A program made the translations under genes and the position numbers. Shown in pieces: positions 46,685-57,497 of a DNA stretch of 64,000 bases; position 1 is the first letter of the stretch; each line of letters opens with the position of its first letter. The notes beneath the pieces were generated by a model. The model did not search any database, was not told the origin of the DNA, and saw only the letters and a program-made list of their open reading frames with translations. The stretch lies in contig JBBAWX010000006.1 in NCBI GenBank assembly GCA_040396955.1, forward strand, positions 67,257 to 131,256, read 5' to 3'. The DNA is from Roseiflexaceae bacterium (GTDB lineage Bacteria; Chloroflexota; Chloroflexia; Chloroflexales; Roseiflexaceae).

Positions 46685-47068
46685 TTATGCTTCGCGCACC
46701 AGCGATACGACACCAAGCACCACCAAGGCGACGCCAACAAGGTGTTGCATGGTGACCGGCTCACCATAGTAGTACGACAACGCAACAATGCTGGGGAAAA
46801 GCAAGGCTGATGAGGCATAGGCAATTCCAAGCGGATAGCGTTTGTGAATAATCCCCCATACCACGAAACGGCCCACATTCAGCGCCAAAACCGCCACGTA
46901 TACCGCCCCAATGACGATAATTTCGTGGAGCGCATAACTCGTCGAAAACTTCACAAGCCCTGCGATTACCAGTTGAATAACAATGTTGATGGCGGTTAGT
47001 CCGACCAGTACCGCTTTGCCACGCGGCGTTGATACCAGAGAAATGTCGGGTGATGATGGTGTTTGCAT
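46685..47068 (-). CDS. small 4-TM EamA/SMR-like protein, ArnF-like
   Basis: 127 aa. HKRYPLGIAYASSALLF resembles the ArnF/ArnE L..AY...S motif. Separated by 12 nt from the ArnE-like gene. Confidence 0.6.
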   Translation of the reverse strand: MQTPSSPDISLVSTPRGKAVLVGLTAINIVIQLVIAGLVKFSTSYALHEIIVIGAVYVAVLALNVGRFVVWGIIHKRYPLGIAYASSALLFPSIVALSYYYGEPVTMQHLVGVALVVLGVVSLVREA

Positions 47069-47071
47069 GAT

Positions 47072-48643
47072 TTATTTGCGGCGCTCCATAATCATGTAGC
47101 CAGGCAAAAGTGTAAAATTGGGCACAGGCCGATACTGCTCACGCAGGTACTCGTACATCATACTATGGGTATTGCGAAAGCGCCGCTCTTCCGCACCGTC
47201 GAGCCCCTCTTTTTTTAGCAAGACTGCGGCTGGCTTTGCGTCTTCGAGACGCTCAATTTCACGTTGCTGAAAGGCCTCATCTCGTGGCCAAATGGCGTAT
47301 ATCTCCCATACCGGCGAACGCGTATTGAGGATGGAATAGGCTCCTGGCCAAAACGGCGCAATGTAGACATGCCCACCTGGCTGCAAATACTGATCACCGA
47401 AGTGCTGGATGAGGTCGATTTCATCGGCGACAACTCCTGGTATAGAAATGTCGTCGTCATTGATACGCACCACCCGACATTCCACCGTGTACCGACATTC
47501 CCACCATGGCTGCGCTGGCACCATCACCAACACACTCACCACCACGATCCCACTCAAGGCCAGCCAACGCCGCCAGCGGTGCCAATCCACCGCCAATGCG
47601 ATCCAGGCCAACACCACCAACAATACACCCTGAGTAAGATGCGCTAAATCGGCCCGCGACAACACATATGTGATATAGGGAGGGATCATGCCCACACTGG
47701 CCAATACGATGGGATTGGGGGCCACACGTTGCCAACTCCGCCACCACAACCACCCAAGCCAGATGGGGCCAGCAATGACAAAGCCCGTAAACAATAATCC
47801 GACCAACCAGCCATAGGCATTGTCAACCCATGCCACACTCCACACCCATGGATACGGCAGCGGAATATTGGCCGTTTCACGTTGCCAAAAACCAACCACC
47901 ATGTGCTCCCAGTATTGAGCGCCGAACGCCGGCTGTGCCATAGCAAATCCGAGCAATGGCAAAACACCAATGCCCACTCCGACAATTCCGTCACAGAACC
48001 ACACCACCACCTGCCGCCAATCACGCCGGCGTAACAGCCACGAAACGGCCACCACAAGCATGCCAAAGACAAAAAAAGCGACATGCTTGCGCATGTCACC
48101 GACCAAAATGGTAGCCAACCCGTAGAGGATGCCCATCCCCAATACAAAACCAGTCCAGTGAGCGTACCGTTGCATGACGGTCAGTGCGGCGACAGCGACG
48201 ACCACAATCATCATATCGGGCATACGGTAGGCGGGCCATGCCCACAACGAGATGACCAGCGATACAATCGGGATAGCCCAGAGTGACAACGCAGTGCGGC
48301 GAAACAGCAACAGCGCACTCATCAGCACCACGATCTGCATGGTGGCAAGACCAAAGCGCAAGGCGAGGAGCCCCGTGTCGCCCCATGCCACCATCCCGAG
48401 CGCCAACCAGAGATAACGACCAACATCGTACGCAAAAAAATCACGAATCGGTACATCCCCCTGCAGAATGCGTTGTACACCGTACCAGAGAAATCCCTCA
48501 TCCCACAACGAAAATCCCGTTGCTCCTTGAAGCACAAACATCCACCAGGTCACCAAACCGCTGACCCCGATACTTGTCCCCCACCACACTCGGCGTTGGA
48601 ATCGTTGCTGTATCAATGCACTTCTTCCCGTGTCGTAATGCAT
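47072..48643 (-). CDS. uncharacterised polytopic membrane protein, GT-C-like, with soluble C-terminal domain of about 150 aa
   Basis: 523 aa, about 11-13 TM segments. Acidic motif SLWDEGFLWYGVQR right after TM1, as in GT-C glycosyltransferases. 3-nt gap to the ArnF-like gene. Confidence 0.55.
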   Translation of the reverse strand: MHYDTGRSALIQQRFQRRVWWGTSIGVSGLVTWWMFVLQGATGFSLWDEGFLWYGVQRILQGDVPIRDFFAYDVGRYLWLALGMVAWGDTGLLALRFGLATMQIVVLMSALLLFRRTALSLWAIPIVSLVISLWAWPAYRMPDMMIVVVAVAALTVMQRYAHWTGFVLGMGILYGLATILVGDMRKHVAFFVFGMLVVAVSWLLRRRDWRQVVVWFCDGIVGVGIGVLPLLGFAMAQPAFGAQYWEHMVVGFWQRETANIPLPYPWVWSVAWVDNAYGWLVGLLFTGFVIAGPIWLGWLWWRSWQRVAPNPIVLASVGMIPPYITYVLSRADLAHLTQGVLLVVLAWIALAVDWHRWRRWLALSGIVVVSVLVMVPAQPWWECRYTVECRVVRINDDDISIPGVVADEIDLIQHFGDQYLQPGGHVYIAPFWPGAYSILNTRSPVWEIYAIWPRDEAFQQREIERLEDAKPAAVLLKKEGLDGAEERRFRNTHSMMYEYLREQYRPVPNFTLLPGYMIMERRK

Positions 48644-48755
48644 AGAGATGCGCTACGACACACAAAAGCCTGCGGTCTCCTGCAGGCACGGTCTTTGTCC
48701 CTCTTATTGTGCACAGCATACCAAATATTTCACACAATCACAACAATTTCTTGAT

Positions 48756-50399
48756 CTAGGGCACACATGTAACTTGATAGACGACAATCGTCGCCCCACG
48801 CCAAATCGGATGAGATTTCATAGTGGCAGCATGATGATCACGGCAGTACTGTTCCAACCATGGGAGCATGAAGGGTTGCGCAATCACGGCCAGCCCAGTG
48901 GTCGAACGCAACGCCGCATCGATGTCAAACCCCCGTCGCACTTCCTCATACGCCACCGATGTCGGCTGAATCGCCGCCAGCGACAACGAATAGATGGGCA
49001 CATGCACCACATCATCGCGCAGTTGCCGAATCGGATACACCATTTCATACTCCAGTGCACCGCCCCATACCACTATCGGGCGGATTGAGATTTCATGGAG
49101 GTCATACCACAACGCCGCCCCATGGGCAGTATATGTCTGCGAACGCTTGGTGATTTGCGGGAGACCGTGCCACATCCCCAATGCGATACAGAGCACCAAC
49201 ACCCCTTGCATCCAGCGGCGTTGCGCCCATGTAGTCGTTGGTATTACGACCAACACCAAAAACACGCCCGTTACCAACAATGGATAGACCACGCGCCCAG
49301 GTGCAACACGCCCCAAGAGACCGAGGCCTATCACTCCCACAATCAAGGCGGCAAATACCGCCCACGACTGCGGTTGGCGACACATCATCACCAATCCGAG
49401 CCCCGTACACAACAACCATGGGGCAACCGCCACCAGCATGCGCACATTCTGCGTAATGATGACCGGAGCCACTGCCCAGTCAAATCGGGGCAACACCGCA
49501 ATAATGGCACGTAACGCATCCACATCCATCAACGGCCCCGGAATCAAAAACCGACTCCGAATCAATTGCATGTCGTTGGCATACCATCCCTGGGTCGCCA
49601 AAACCTGCGGATACTGCTCAAAGTACAACGCCGCATTGTTGTTGAAAATCGGCTGGTAGAGGCGGTACAAGGTCTCAAACTGGCGTAATTCGGGGGTCAA
49701 CTGGTACGCCCACCAGTTGATAATCAAGGAACCCAGCATGCACCCTAGCAGACCTACGCCCACCCAGCGCAAACGCCGATCCGCCCAAAACCGGCGCCAC
49801 GGCAACCATGGCACCACACACATCACCACAGCCAACCAGCCAAATGTACGCACCCACATCCCCGTCACACCAAACACCACCACAACCACCAACAGCCATG
49901 GTGTCGGTCGTACCAGGTACTGCCGGATGGCAAGGACCATAACCAATGACAATAATATTGCATGCACGGTGAACTGTGGGAACAGCAACGACTCCACCAC
50001 GACTGCAACCACCAGCACCAGCACCAGCCATGCGGGGGCCGCACTGCGTAAGCCGAAGTACGTCAATCCCCAGGTATATGCCAACATGATGAGCACGGTC
50101 ACCCAAGCATAGGCGTAGAGGTGATTGATGCTCGGTAATTGAAAGAGTATCCAACCCCAGATTACATTCGAATACACAATAAACGGGCTCGCCTCGGCAT
50201 ATTGACCGAAGCCATGCACCCGCATGGCCATGCCCACATCATCGTTGGTGGCGTACATCGGCTCAAACCATCGAAACGCCCCCCACACCAACGCAAGACT
50301 CCATCCTGACGCCAACCAAAATCGCCAGGAGGTGATTATCGTTTGTTTCAACCACAAAATCGGGGCAGTTACTCGCATACCACGCAGACTCTCTCGCAA
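48756..50399 (-). CDS. uncharacterised polytopic membrane protein, GT-C-like, with soluble C-terminal domain
   Basis: 547 aa, about 12 TM segments. Acidic motif YATNDDVGMAMR after TM1. No other recognisable motif. Confidence 0.5.
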   Translation of the reverse strand: MRESLRGMRVTAPILWLKQTIITSWRFWLASGWSLALVWGAFRWFEPMYATNDDVGMAMRVHGFGQYAEASPFIVYSNVIWGWILFQLPSINHLYAYAWVTVLIMLAYTWGLTYFGLRSAAPAWLVLVLVVAVVVESLLFPQFTVHAILLSLVMVLAIRQYLVRPTPWLLVVVVVFGVTGMWVRTFGWLAVVMCVVPWLPWRRFWADRRLRWVGVGLLGCMLGSLIINWWAYQLTPELRQFETLYRLYQPIFNNNAALYFEQYPQVLATQGWYANDMQLIRSRFLIPGPLMDVDALRAIIAVLPRFDWAVAPVIITQNVRMLVAVAPWLLCTGLGLVMMCRQPQSWAVFAALIVGVIGLGLLGRVAPGRVVYPLLVTGVFLVLVVIPTTTWAQRRWMQGVLVLCIALGMWHGLPQITKRSQTYTAHGAALWYDLHEISIRPIVVWGGALEYEMVYPIRQLRDDVVHVPIYSLSLAAIQPTSVAYEEVRRGFDIDAALRSTTGLAVIAQPFMLPWLEQYCRDHHAATMKSHPIWRGATIVVYQVTCVP

Positions 50400-50434
50400 T
50401 CACATCCCACGTCTGCGTCAGTATAGCATAGCCA

Positions 50435-51268
50435 CTATTGGCCACCCCACAGATCGAGGCGCTCCCCCAACTGCAACACCCGATACGGCTGACGAATATC
50501 ACGGGCACACTGTTCGAAATAATCCGGTGAGACCGTATTAAAGGCAAACATGTCGTAATGACATGGCACCACCACTCCCATGCCCACCTGATTTGCCAAC
50601 ATCACTGCCTCTCGGCCATCGAGGTTGCCAGCCACGCGCCGCTCGGGCACATTGCCGTTGATGGGCAACAAACCACAATCAATCTGCCACCGACCCAGCT
50701 CTGCCACCAATTCCGGATACCACAACGTATCACCGCTGTGGTAGATGGTTACACCACCCACTTCAATCACCAACCCAATATAACGCTCATGACCGTGAGC
50801 ATCGGTTTCACGCGCGTTGTGGGCTGCTGGCACCACATGCAAACGAAACGGCCCGTGTTGCCACGGCGTACCACGGCGTAGCCCTACAATCGGTATTCCC
50901 GCCCCAAGACGCTCTCGGGCAACATCTACGTTTGCCGCACTACACGCGAGTGGCACGCCACCGAGTGGCACAATCGTCTCTGCATCAAGGTGATCGGTGT
51001 GATTGTGACTCGAGGTCACCAACGACACCATCGACAGCAACGCCGGATCAATCACGCGCACACTGATGCGCTCGTGTGGTTTATCGGTGGCGGCGTATTT
51101 ATGGGTCAGCGAATCCGACAAATACGGGTCCACCGCAATACACACTCCGGCAAAGTGGATGAGGTAGCCACTCTGCCCCAACCACCACAACGACACCCCG
51201 TATTGCCGCGCCATGGTTGCCCGTATATCTGCAAGCAACACCTCATCACGCTGCAACGGCACAATCAT
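50435..51268 (-). CDS. MBL-fold metallo-hydrolase (UlaG-like)
   Basis: 277 aa. HNHTDHLD (HxHxDH) and a downstream YHSGDT motif. Confidence 0.8.
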   Translation of the reverse strand: MIVPLQRDEVLLADIRATMARQYGVSLWWLGQSGYLIHFAGVCIAVDPYLSDSLTHKYAATDKPHERISVRVIDPALLSMVSLVTSSHNHTDHLDAETIVPLGGVPLACSAANVDVARERLGAGIPIVGLRRGTPWQHGPFRLHVVPAAHNARETDAHGHERYIGLVIEVGGVTIYHSGDTLWYPELVAELGRWQIDCGLLPINGNVPERRVAGNLDGREAVMLANQVGMGVVVPCHYDMFAFNTVSPDYFEQCARDIRQPYRVLQLGERLDLWGGQ

Positions 51269-52461
51269 CGGCTCACCCGTTGCTCAAGGGCACCCGTCTG
51301 CTTATGGCGTAGAATCAGCTTTTTGGCACCATCGGGCATCAATTCTTCTTTGATCAACAAGTAGTGCTCATCAAAATCACGCCGTACCGACACATGAGGC
51401 ACGCCCTCGCGGCCCCGCCACTCTTGGAGGAGGACCGGCTCCCAACGCTTTGATTGCATCGACGCATAGGCCGCATCCATAATCGCATTGACCACGTAGC
51501 CGTCATAAAACGTCTCCATGGGGGCGCGGCCCGCATCGTGCGCATCGAGCATGTCTTGGAACATGGCGGTATAGCCCAATGCTGCCACTTCATCGCCAAC
51601 CGGGAAGAGCCAGCCGCGGTCACTTTCGGCCTTCTCTGCCACATACCCGTTTTGCCCGTTTGCAGTAAACATCTCGAACCCGGTACGCAGCCAGTGATTG
51701 AGCCAAATGGTGCCCTCGGTACCCGCCACCTCATCGCGCAAATCCATGCCGCCGCGGAATGACCAACTGACTTCAAACTGCCCCATGGCGCCGTTTTCGT
51801 AGCGCACCATGCCCACCGCATGATCTTCGGCCTCGATGGGGTGCACCTGGGTGTCAGCCCAGCACATCACCTCGACGGGGCGAATGTCTTTGCCGATGAA
51901 ATTACGCGCGATTTCGATGCAGTGGCAGCCCATGTCGATGATGGCACCGCCTCCCGATTGCGCTTTATCCCAAAACCAAGCGCTATGCGGCCCAGGGTGT
52001 GTCTCGCGCGAACGCGCCCACAACACCGTGCCCACGGCCCCGGCCTGCACCGACGCCAGTGCTTTCAGCGTTTTCGGGGTATAACACAAATCCTCCAGAT
52101 ACCCGTGAAACACGCCGGCTTGCTCCACGGCTTGGAGCATCCGGTAGGCCTCTGCAGCCGTACGCCCCAACGGCTTGGTGCACAAGATGCCCTTGCCTGC
52201 GGCCACGGCAGCCATGACGGCTTCTTCGTGCAGGTGATTGGGCAAACCGATGACCACCAATTCGGTCGTCGGGTCGTTGATGGCCGCCAGCATGTCGGTG
52301 GTGGCATGCGGCACGTTGAATTCTTGGGCAAATGCAGCCACACTGGCCGGATTGCGGGAATAGACCGCAGTCACCCGATCACGGCTCCGCCCACTTTGGA
52401 GCGTCAGCGTATAAAATCGCCCGATAAGGCCCGTACCAAGCATTGTGATGTTCATCTGCAT
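51265..52461 (-). CDS. Gfo/Idh/MocA-family oxidoreductase
   Basis: 398 aa. N-terminal Rossmann [16 protein letters not shown]-like CTKPLG and a C-terminal alpha/beta domain. 4-nt overlap with the MBL gene. Confidence 0.85.
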   Translation of the reverse strand: MQMNITMLGTGLIGRFYTLTLQSGRSRDRVTAVYSRNPASVAAFAQEFNVPHATTDMLAAINDPTTELVVIGLPNHLHEEAVMAAVAAGKGILCTKPLGRTAAEAYRMLQAVEQAGVFHGYLEDLCYTPKTLKALASVQAGAVGTVLWARSRETHPGPHSAWFWDKAQSGGGAIIDMGCHCIEIARNFIGKDIRPVEVMCWADTQVHPIEAEDHAVGMVRYENGAMGQFEVSWSFRGGMDLRDEVAGTEGTIWLNHWLRTGFEMFTANGQNGYVAEKAESDRGWLFPVGDEVAALGYTAMFQDMLDAHDAGRAPMETFYDGYVVNAIMDAAYASMQSKRWEPVLLQEWRGREGVPHVSVRRDFDEHYLLIKEELMPDGAKKLILRHKQTGALEQRVSR

Positions 52462-52478
52462 TCTTCTCCTTTCACCGG

Positions 52479-53510
52479 CTACAGCGTTTCACGCACCTGC
52501 TTGACCCCCGCCACCATATTTACCAACTTGCGTTTAGCCGCCCAGCGTGCGGTCTGACTCAGGCCACAATCCGGGGCAAACGCCAATCGATCGGCAGGAG
52601 CATAGGCCAGACAGGCGCGGACGCGCTGGGCGATATCGGCCGGTGTCTCAATGAAATAGCTCTTGACGTCGACCACCCCCACTGCCACATCGTAGTGCTC
52701 TGCCAGCGTGCCGATGATGGCGAGCTCCGCAAACTCACGGCTCGCCATTTCGAGGTGCATTTCGTCGACCGTCATGCGCAAAAACGCCGGAAACATTGGT
52801 GCATACTGCCGTGGTCCAACCGCCCGCCCCTTGAAATTACCGAAACAGAGATGTGTCGACAGTCGGGTCTGCCCGACCACCGGCGCCACCGTACGATTGA
52901 AGATGTCCACGAAGCGCTCGGTGTCTTCTTTGTAGGCATAACAGCTCATCGACGGCTCATCGACCGTCAATTCTTGGCATCCTGCTGCCACCAACGCCAC
53001 CAGCTCGGCCTGCACAATCGGCAACAGGGCCTCGGTAATCGCATAGCGATCCGGGTAATCGGCATTGGGAATGAGGCGCCCACTCAACGTATACGGCCCC
53101 GGCACACTCGCCTTGAGGGTGGGGCCCTGCGCCGGTGCGAGTGCTTTGAGACGCAGAAATTCCTCGACGACCCCCAAGCCGTGCGGCGCTTCCAGCGGCC
53201 CCGTAATCAGATGCTTGCCGCGCTGATCGTGGGCCGGTGGGCCGTACCGCCGCGCCCCTTCGTCTTCACGGGCAATGCCCTGCACATACCCATAAAACGA
53301 CAAGTTGAAATCAAGCCGGGTCTGTTCGCCATCAGTGATGACATCGAGCCCCGCCTGTAGTTGATCTTGGATGGCGACCATGGCCGCGTCGCGTTGCATT
53401 TCGGCAATATCGTCACGCCCAAAATCCTCCAGATGGAGCACCGCATGCTCCAGCCAGGCCGGAAATGGGTAGCTCCCCACGACCGTGGTGCGCAGTGGTT
53501 GAGATTTCAT
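52479..53510 (-). CDS. cobalamin-independent methionine synthase (MetE C-terminal/UROD-fold)-like zinc protein
   Basis: 343 aa. [13 protein letters not shown]-terminus and putative Zn ligands STHLCFGNF (His, Cys) and FAPDCGLSQ (Cys), as in MetE-type methyltransferases. Confidence 0.7.
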   Translation of the reverse strand: MKSQPLRTTVVGSYPFPAWLEHAVLHLEDFGRDDIAEMQRDAAMVAIQDQLQAGLDVITDGEQTRLDFNLSFYGYVQGIAREDEGARRYGPPAHDQRGKHLITGPLEAPHGLGVVEEFLRLKALAPAQGPTLKASVPGPYTLSGRLIPNADYPDRYAITEALLPIVQAELVALVAAGCQELTVDEPSMSCYAYKEDTERFVDIFNRTVAPVVGQTRLSTHLCFGNFKGRAVGPRQYAPMFPAFLRMTVDEMHLEMASREFAELAIIGTLAEHYDVAVGVVDVKSYFIETPADIAQRVRACLAYAPADRLAFAPDCGLSQTARWAAKRKLVNMVAGVKQVRETL

Positions 53511-54313
53511 TATTGGTCACCTCGCTGTGGTTGCGCACCGTACAACGGCGCAATGCGGGCTCGAAAATCATCGTACGTGCGATCAAACAGCTCCGCCGAT
53601 GCCGCACTGCCAATCAACGTGCTACTCGTCAGCACCAGTGGTGCCTGGCCACGCTTAGTCAGCTCCTCGGCCACCAGACATTTCAGCATGTTGACCACGG
53701 CCACATACCCGATCGACGAGCCCGGGCCCACCGGGTACGCCAACCCGTCGATGTCGACCATGGCATCGCCGAGCGGCGAGCAGTTGTCGATGGTCACATC
53801 GGCGATATCCGGCAAACGCTTGCCAGAGCTGTGCTTGATCGGCGATCCCAGGCAGTGCGCCAGCGATACCACCGCAATCACCGGCATACCGCGAGCCTTG
53901 GCCCCCAATGCCACATCGATGACCACGCCGTTGACGCCGCTATTGGAAAAAACCATCATGCAGTCGTGCGCCCCAAAGGTGAAATTACGCAAAATGACCT
54001 CGCCAAACCCCTCGAGTTTTTCTAGGTACATGGCCTGACGCTGCCCGTTGTTGCCGACCACCTGCGTATGATTGGTCAACGACAACTCGATGATGGGGTG
54101 AAAGCCGGGGAAACTGCCGTGCCGCGGAAAAATCTCCTCCACGGGAATGCGCGAATGCCCCGTGCCAAACAGGTGCACCAAGCCGCCGGCCGCAATCGAC
54201 TGCGCACACAACTGCGCGGCCGCCCGAATCGCCGGGAGTTGGGTGGTGCGAATTGCACGCAAAATCTGCTCAGACGCATCCAGATAGCGCTCTGCGGGAT
54301 CGTGTGTCGTCAT
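53510..54313 (-). CDS. SIS (sugar isomerase) domain protein
   Basis: 267 aa. LFGTGHSRIP and MMVFSNSGVNG phosphosugar-binding-type SIS motifs. 1-nt overlap with the MetE-like start. Confidence 0.75.
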   Translation of the reverse strand: MTTHDPAERYLDASEQILRAIRTTQLPAIRAAAQLCAQSIAAGGLVHLFGTGHSRIPVEEIFPRHGSFPGFHPIIELSLTNHTQVVGNNGQRQAMYLEKLEGFGEVILRNFTFGAHDCMMVFSNSGVNGVVIDVALGAKARGMPVIAVVSLAHCLGSPIKHSSGKRLPDIADVTIDNCSPLGDAMVDIDGLAYPVGPGSSIGYVAVVNMLKCLVAEELTKRGQAPLVLTSSTLIGSAASAELFDRTYDDFRARIAPLYGAQPQRGDQ

Positions 54314-54325
54314 CGTGTCTGCCTC

Positions 54326-55402
54326 TTATTCCACCAATGCCTGCGCCCGTTTGGTCTGCGCACTGAGCGCTGCCGTCTCCACGATTTGCTGACCAATGCG
54401 GCAAATCTTGACCGACAACGGCCCATGCACCGGTGCGCCTGTGCTCAAACTATGAATGAAATTCTGAATCGGGTCTTGCATGGGCGCCTCAAGCACATCA
54501 ACCGGCATCACAAAGCCCTCAGGCTGCGTGCGCGTCTGCACACGAATCGTCTGCTCGTAGTCGTACGACGCAATCGTGCCGTCGGTGCCCACAATCACGA
54601 AGCCACATTTGGGCTGTGGCTGATGCGTCCATGGGTCGGTAAATGCTCCCCAGCGCGTCTCGAATTTCGACAAGCCCTTGGCATAGCGCGCCACCGTAAT
54701 ACTATGCTCGTCGACCTCCAGCCCCAACGGCTCGTCAACCATGGCCATCACCTCGATCGGCTTATCACCGTCGTGGTACCACGTGCCCAGCGTTACGCCG
54801 TACCCCAGATAATCGAGCATGGAGCCGCCGCCTGCTTCTTTCTTGTACCACCAGGCCTCGTTTTTGCGGCGTGCGACTTCTTCGGGCGATACTTCGATTT
54901 TGTCGGCGACATGCCAAAGTGGGCCACGGTTGCCGTCGTAATAATGCACCTCCATCACCTTGCCAATCACGCCTTCGTCAATCAGCCGTTTGGCGGTCAC
55001 ATGCGGCGGGTACCACGCCAGCGGCCAGTTGACAATCATCTGCTTGCCACTGCGCTCCATGGCCGCAATCATGCGGTCAGCCTGCGCCAACGTCGCCGCA
55101 AACGGTTTTTCGACGAGTACATTGACGCCGTACGGGGCCACCATTTCGACATAGTCGGCGTGAAAGGCCGTGCCGGCACAGATTATCGCCACATCGGCCT
55201 GCGTGCGCTGCAAACACTGATGCACATCCGTAAATACGCGCTCTGCCGGAATGTTGAAATTGGCAATGGCCCCCTGCATGCGGGCCGGGTCGGCATCACA
55301 AATCCCGGCGATTTCGGCATGCGGATGCTCATACACCTTGCGTAGCAAATCGCCCATGTGCATATGGTCAAAGTTGATTCCCACAAATTTCCATGTTTTC
55401 AT
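54326..55402 (-). CDS. Gfo/Idh/MocA-family oxidoreductase
   Basis: 358 aa from ATG 55402 (AAGGAG SD 6 nt upstream). Has VLVEKPFA (EKP motif). Confidence 0.85.
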   Translation of the reverse strand: MKTWKFVGINFDHMHMGDLLRKVYEHPHAEIAGICDADPARMQGAIANFNIPAERVFTDVHQCLQRTQADVAIICAGTAFHADYVEMVAPYGVNVLVEKPFAATLAQADRMIAAMERSGKQMIVNWPLAWYPPHVTAKRLIDEGVIGKVMEVHYYDGNRGPLWHVADKIEVSPEEVARRKNEAWWYKKEAGGGSMLDYLGYGVTLGTWYHDGDKPIEVMAMVDEPLGLEVDEHSITVARYAKGLSKFETRWGAFTDPWTHQPQPKCGFVIVGTDGTIASYDYEQTIRVQTRTQPEGFVMPVDVLEAPMQDPIQNFIHSLSTGAPVHGPLSVKICRIGQQIVETAALSAQTKRAQALVE

Positions 55403-55442
55403 TGCAGACTCCTTCGTTGCAACAGTACTCATCACTCATCCA

Positions 55443-56489
55443 TCAAATCCGGCGCACCTGCCCCGGCACATAACTCAATCCATCACGGCTGCTCGCAATG
55501 GCGGCAAAACACAGCGCCAAGCTGGCCAAATTGTTGGCGCCACTATTACTCGGCTCGCGCCCCTCTTCGATGGCACACAACAGCTCGGCCATCGTGCCGT
55601 GGAACCCGTCAGGGAACCAAGACCCCGTCAATACAGGCGTCTCCACACCCTGCTCCGTCACCAGCTGGAGCTGTTGCTCACCGAGTCCCGGGCCTTCGCT
55701 CCGGAGCGCCCCACGTGCGCCCACGATGTGTGTGCGGTCGTGCCCGCCAAAGCGTGTGTCGGCGTTGAAGCTCAACGTCACCTGGGCATGCGCATAATCG
55801 GCTACCACGTGTGCCAACAACGGTGGGCGAGCGCGTTGCGTAGACGTATGGCGCACACTCGCAGTCACCCGCTCTGCCCGTTGCCCGGGCACATAACAGC
55901 TCACCATGTCGAACCAGTGGATGGCGAAATCATAGAGGATGAGGTCATCGATACCATCAAACACGGTGCCAACAACCCAGTTGTGATCCCAGTGCACCGA
56001 CATGTCGACGCTGCTGATATCCCCCAGCAACCCGGCCGCCACAGCACCGCGCATGTAAGCCACATGCGGCGCCCAACGACCATTTTGGTTGACCGCAAGT
56101 TTGACTCCGCGCCGATTGGCGGCCTCCACGAGGCGCTCACCATCATCGAGATCAAGCACGAAGGGCTTTTGACTCAGCACATGCTTGCCGGCCGCAATCG
56201 CCGCCGCAATCAAGGGAATGCGATCGGCGGGGTGCGTGGCAATATCCACGACCTCGATATCGTCACGCCGCAGGAGCAGTTGTGCATCGGTATAGACGGT
56301 CGCCTCCGGGAAGAACTCACGCTGACGCTCTTCGGCCCGACTTGCGTCAATATCGCACAAGGCCACCACCCGATACCCCGCATTGCGGTAGGCGGTCAGA
56401 TGATGCCGGGTAATTCCACCACACCCAATCAGACCAATGGCTGGTCGGTAGGTCCGTGGATTCCGTGGCTGGTACTCAATCATGGTCAA
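55443..56489 (-). CDS. Gfo/Idh/MocA-family oxidoreductase
   Basis: 348 aa. IGLIGCGGITRHH Rossmann motif and VLSQKPF (EKP-like). Confidence 0.85.
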   Translation of the reverse strand: MTMIEYQPRNPRTYRPAIGLIGCGGITRHHLTAYRNAGYRVVALCDIDASRAEERQREFFPEATVYTDAQLLLRRDDIEVVDIATHPADRIPLIAAAIAAGKHVLSQKPFVLDLDDGERLVEAANRRGVKLAVNQNGRWAPHVAYMRGAVAAGLLGDISSVDMSVHWDHNWVVGTVFDGIDDLILYDFAIHWFDMVSCYVPGQRAERVTASVRHTSTQRARPPLLAHVVADYAHAQVTLSFNADTRFGGHDRTHIVGARGALRSEGPGLGEQQLQLVTEQGVETPVLTGSWFPDGFHGTMAELLCAIEEGREPSNSGANNLASLALCFAAIASSRDGLSYVPGQVRRI

Positions 56490-56510
56490 TCCGTCCTTTC
56501 CCCCTGTGGT

Positions 56511-57479
56511 CTATGCCCCAAACAGCCCTGCGACCTGGCGATCGCCATTGCGATGTGCCGCCCAACACGCCGCGCCCATCACCCCGGCATCCCCGCCCAA
56601 TGAGGCCAGACAAATGGCAATGTCGGCCACCGGAGTTGCGCGGCAACGCGCTTGCACGATGTCGACGACCGCCGCACGCAACGGCTCTCCCAGGTTGCTC
56701 ACACTTCCCCCCAAAATCACCGCATCCGGGCTAAACATCGACACGGCATTGGCCACCCCCGCCCCCAAATAGCGCAAAGCGCTCGCCATGATGTCGCGAA
56801 TCGCCACATCTTGCACGGCCATCATCAATGCGGGCGTGAGTACCTGCCCCTGTGCCACCACGTGAGCGAGCTGTGGCGCAGTGCCCGCAGCAATGGCTGC
56901 TTCGGCGGCCCGCACCATGGCACTGCCACTCGCAAACGCCTCGAGGCAGCCCACGTTGCCGCACCCACAGCGTGGGCCATCCAATGCCAACGTCTGATGC
57001 CCGAATTCACCGGCAGTGCCCCTGATTCCCAGGTACAGCTGCCGGTGCATGACCACGCCACCGCCAATCCCCGTGCCAATGGTGAAGCCGACCACATTGG
57101 CATGCCCACGCCCAGCCCCATGCAACGCCTCACCCAATACGAAAGCCCGGGCATCGTTGATGAGCCAGAGGGGGCGGTCTACGGCCGCACTCAACACGGC
57201 CCGTACCGGTACCCCATGCCACGTGCCCACCAGATTGGGCAAAAACAACGTCTCACCGCTCTCGTCGTCGAATACCCCCGGCACCCCCACCCCAATGGCA
57301 GCTACCTGCGGGAAGCGCTCTACGAGCGGCACCAGCACGGCCACCATGCGCTCGAGCACGGCCGCCGCCCCCATCTCCGAGTGCGTGGCAATCACGTGGC
57401 GTTCATGGACGGTGCCGTGCTCCGCATCAATGACCGCAAATGCGATTTTGGTGCCCCCGAGATCGATGCCCACGTACAT
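56511..57479 (-). CDS. ROK-family sugar kinase
   Basis: 322 aa. MYVGIDLGGTK ATP motif and ROK zinc motif CGCGNVGCLEAFASG. Confidence 0.85.
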   Translation of the reverse strand: MYVGIDLGGTKIAFAVIDAEHGTVHERHVIATHSEMGAAAVLERMVAVLVPLVERFPQVAAIGVGVPGVFDDESGETLFLPNLVGTWHGVPVRAVLSAAVDRPLWLINDARAFVLGEALHGAGRGHANVVGFTIGTGIGGGVVMHRQLYLGIRGTAGEFGHQTLALDGPRCGCGNVGCLEAFASGSAMVRAAEAAIAAGTAPQLAHVVAQGQVLTPALMMAVQDVAIRDIMASALRYLGAGVANAVSMFSPDAVILGGSVSNLGEPLRAAVVDIVQARCRATPVADIAICLASLGGDAGVMGAACWAAHRNGDRQVAGLFGA

Positions 57480-57497
57480 AGCGCGCTCCCCTTTGTA

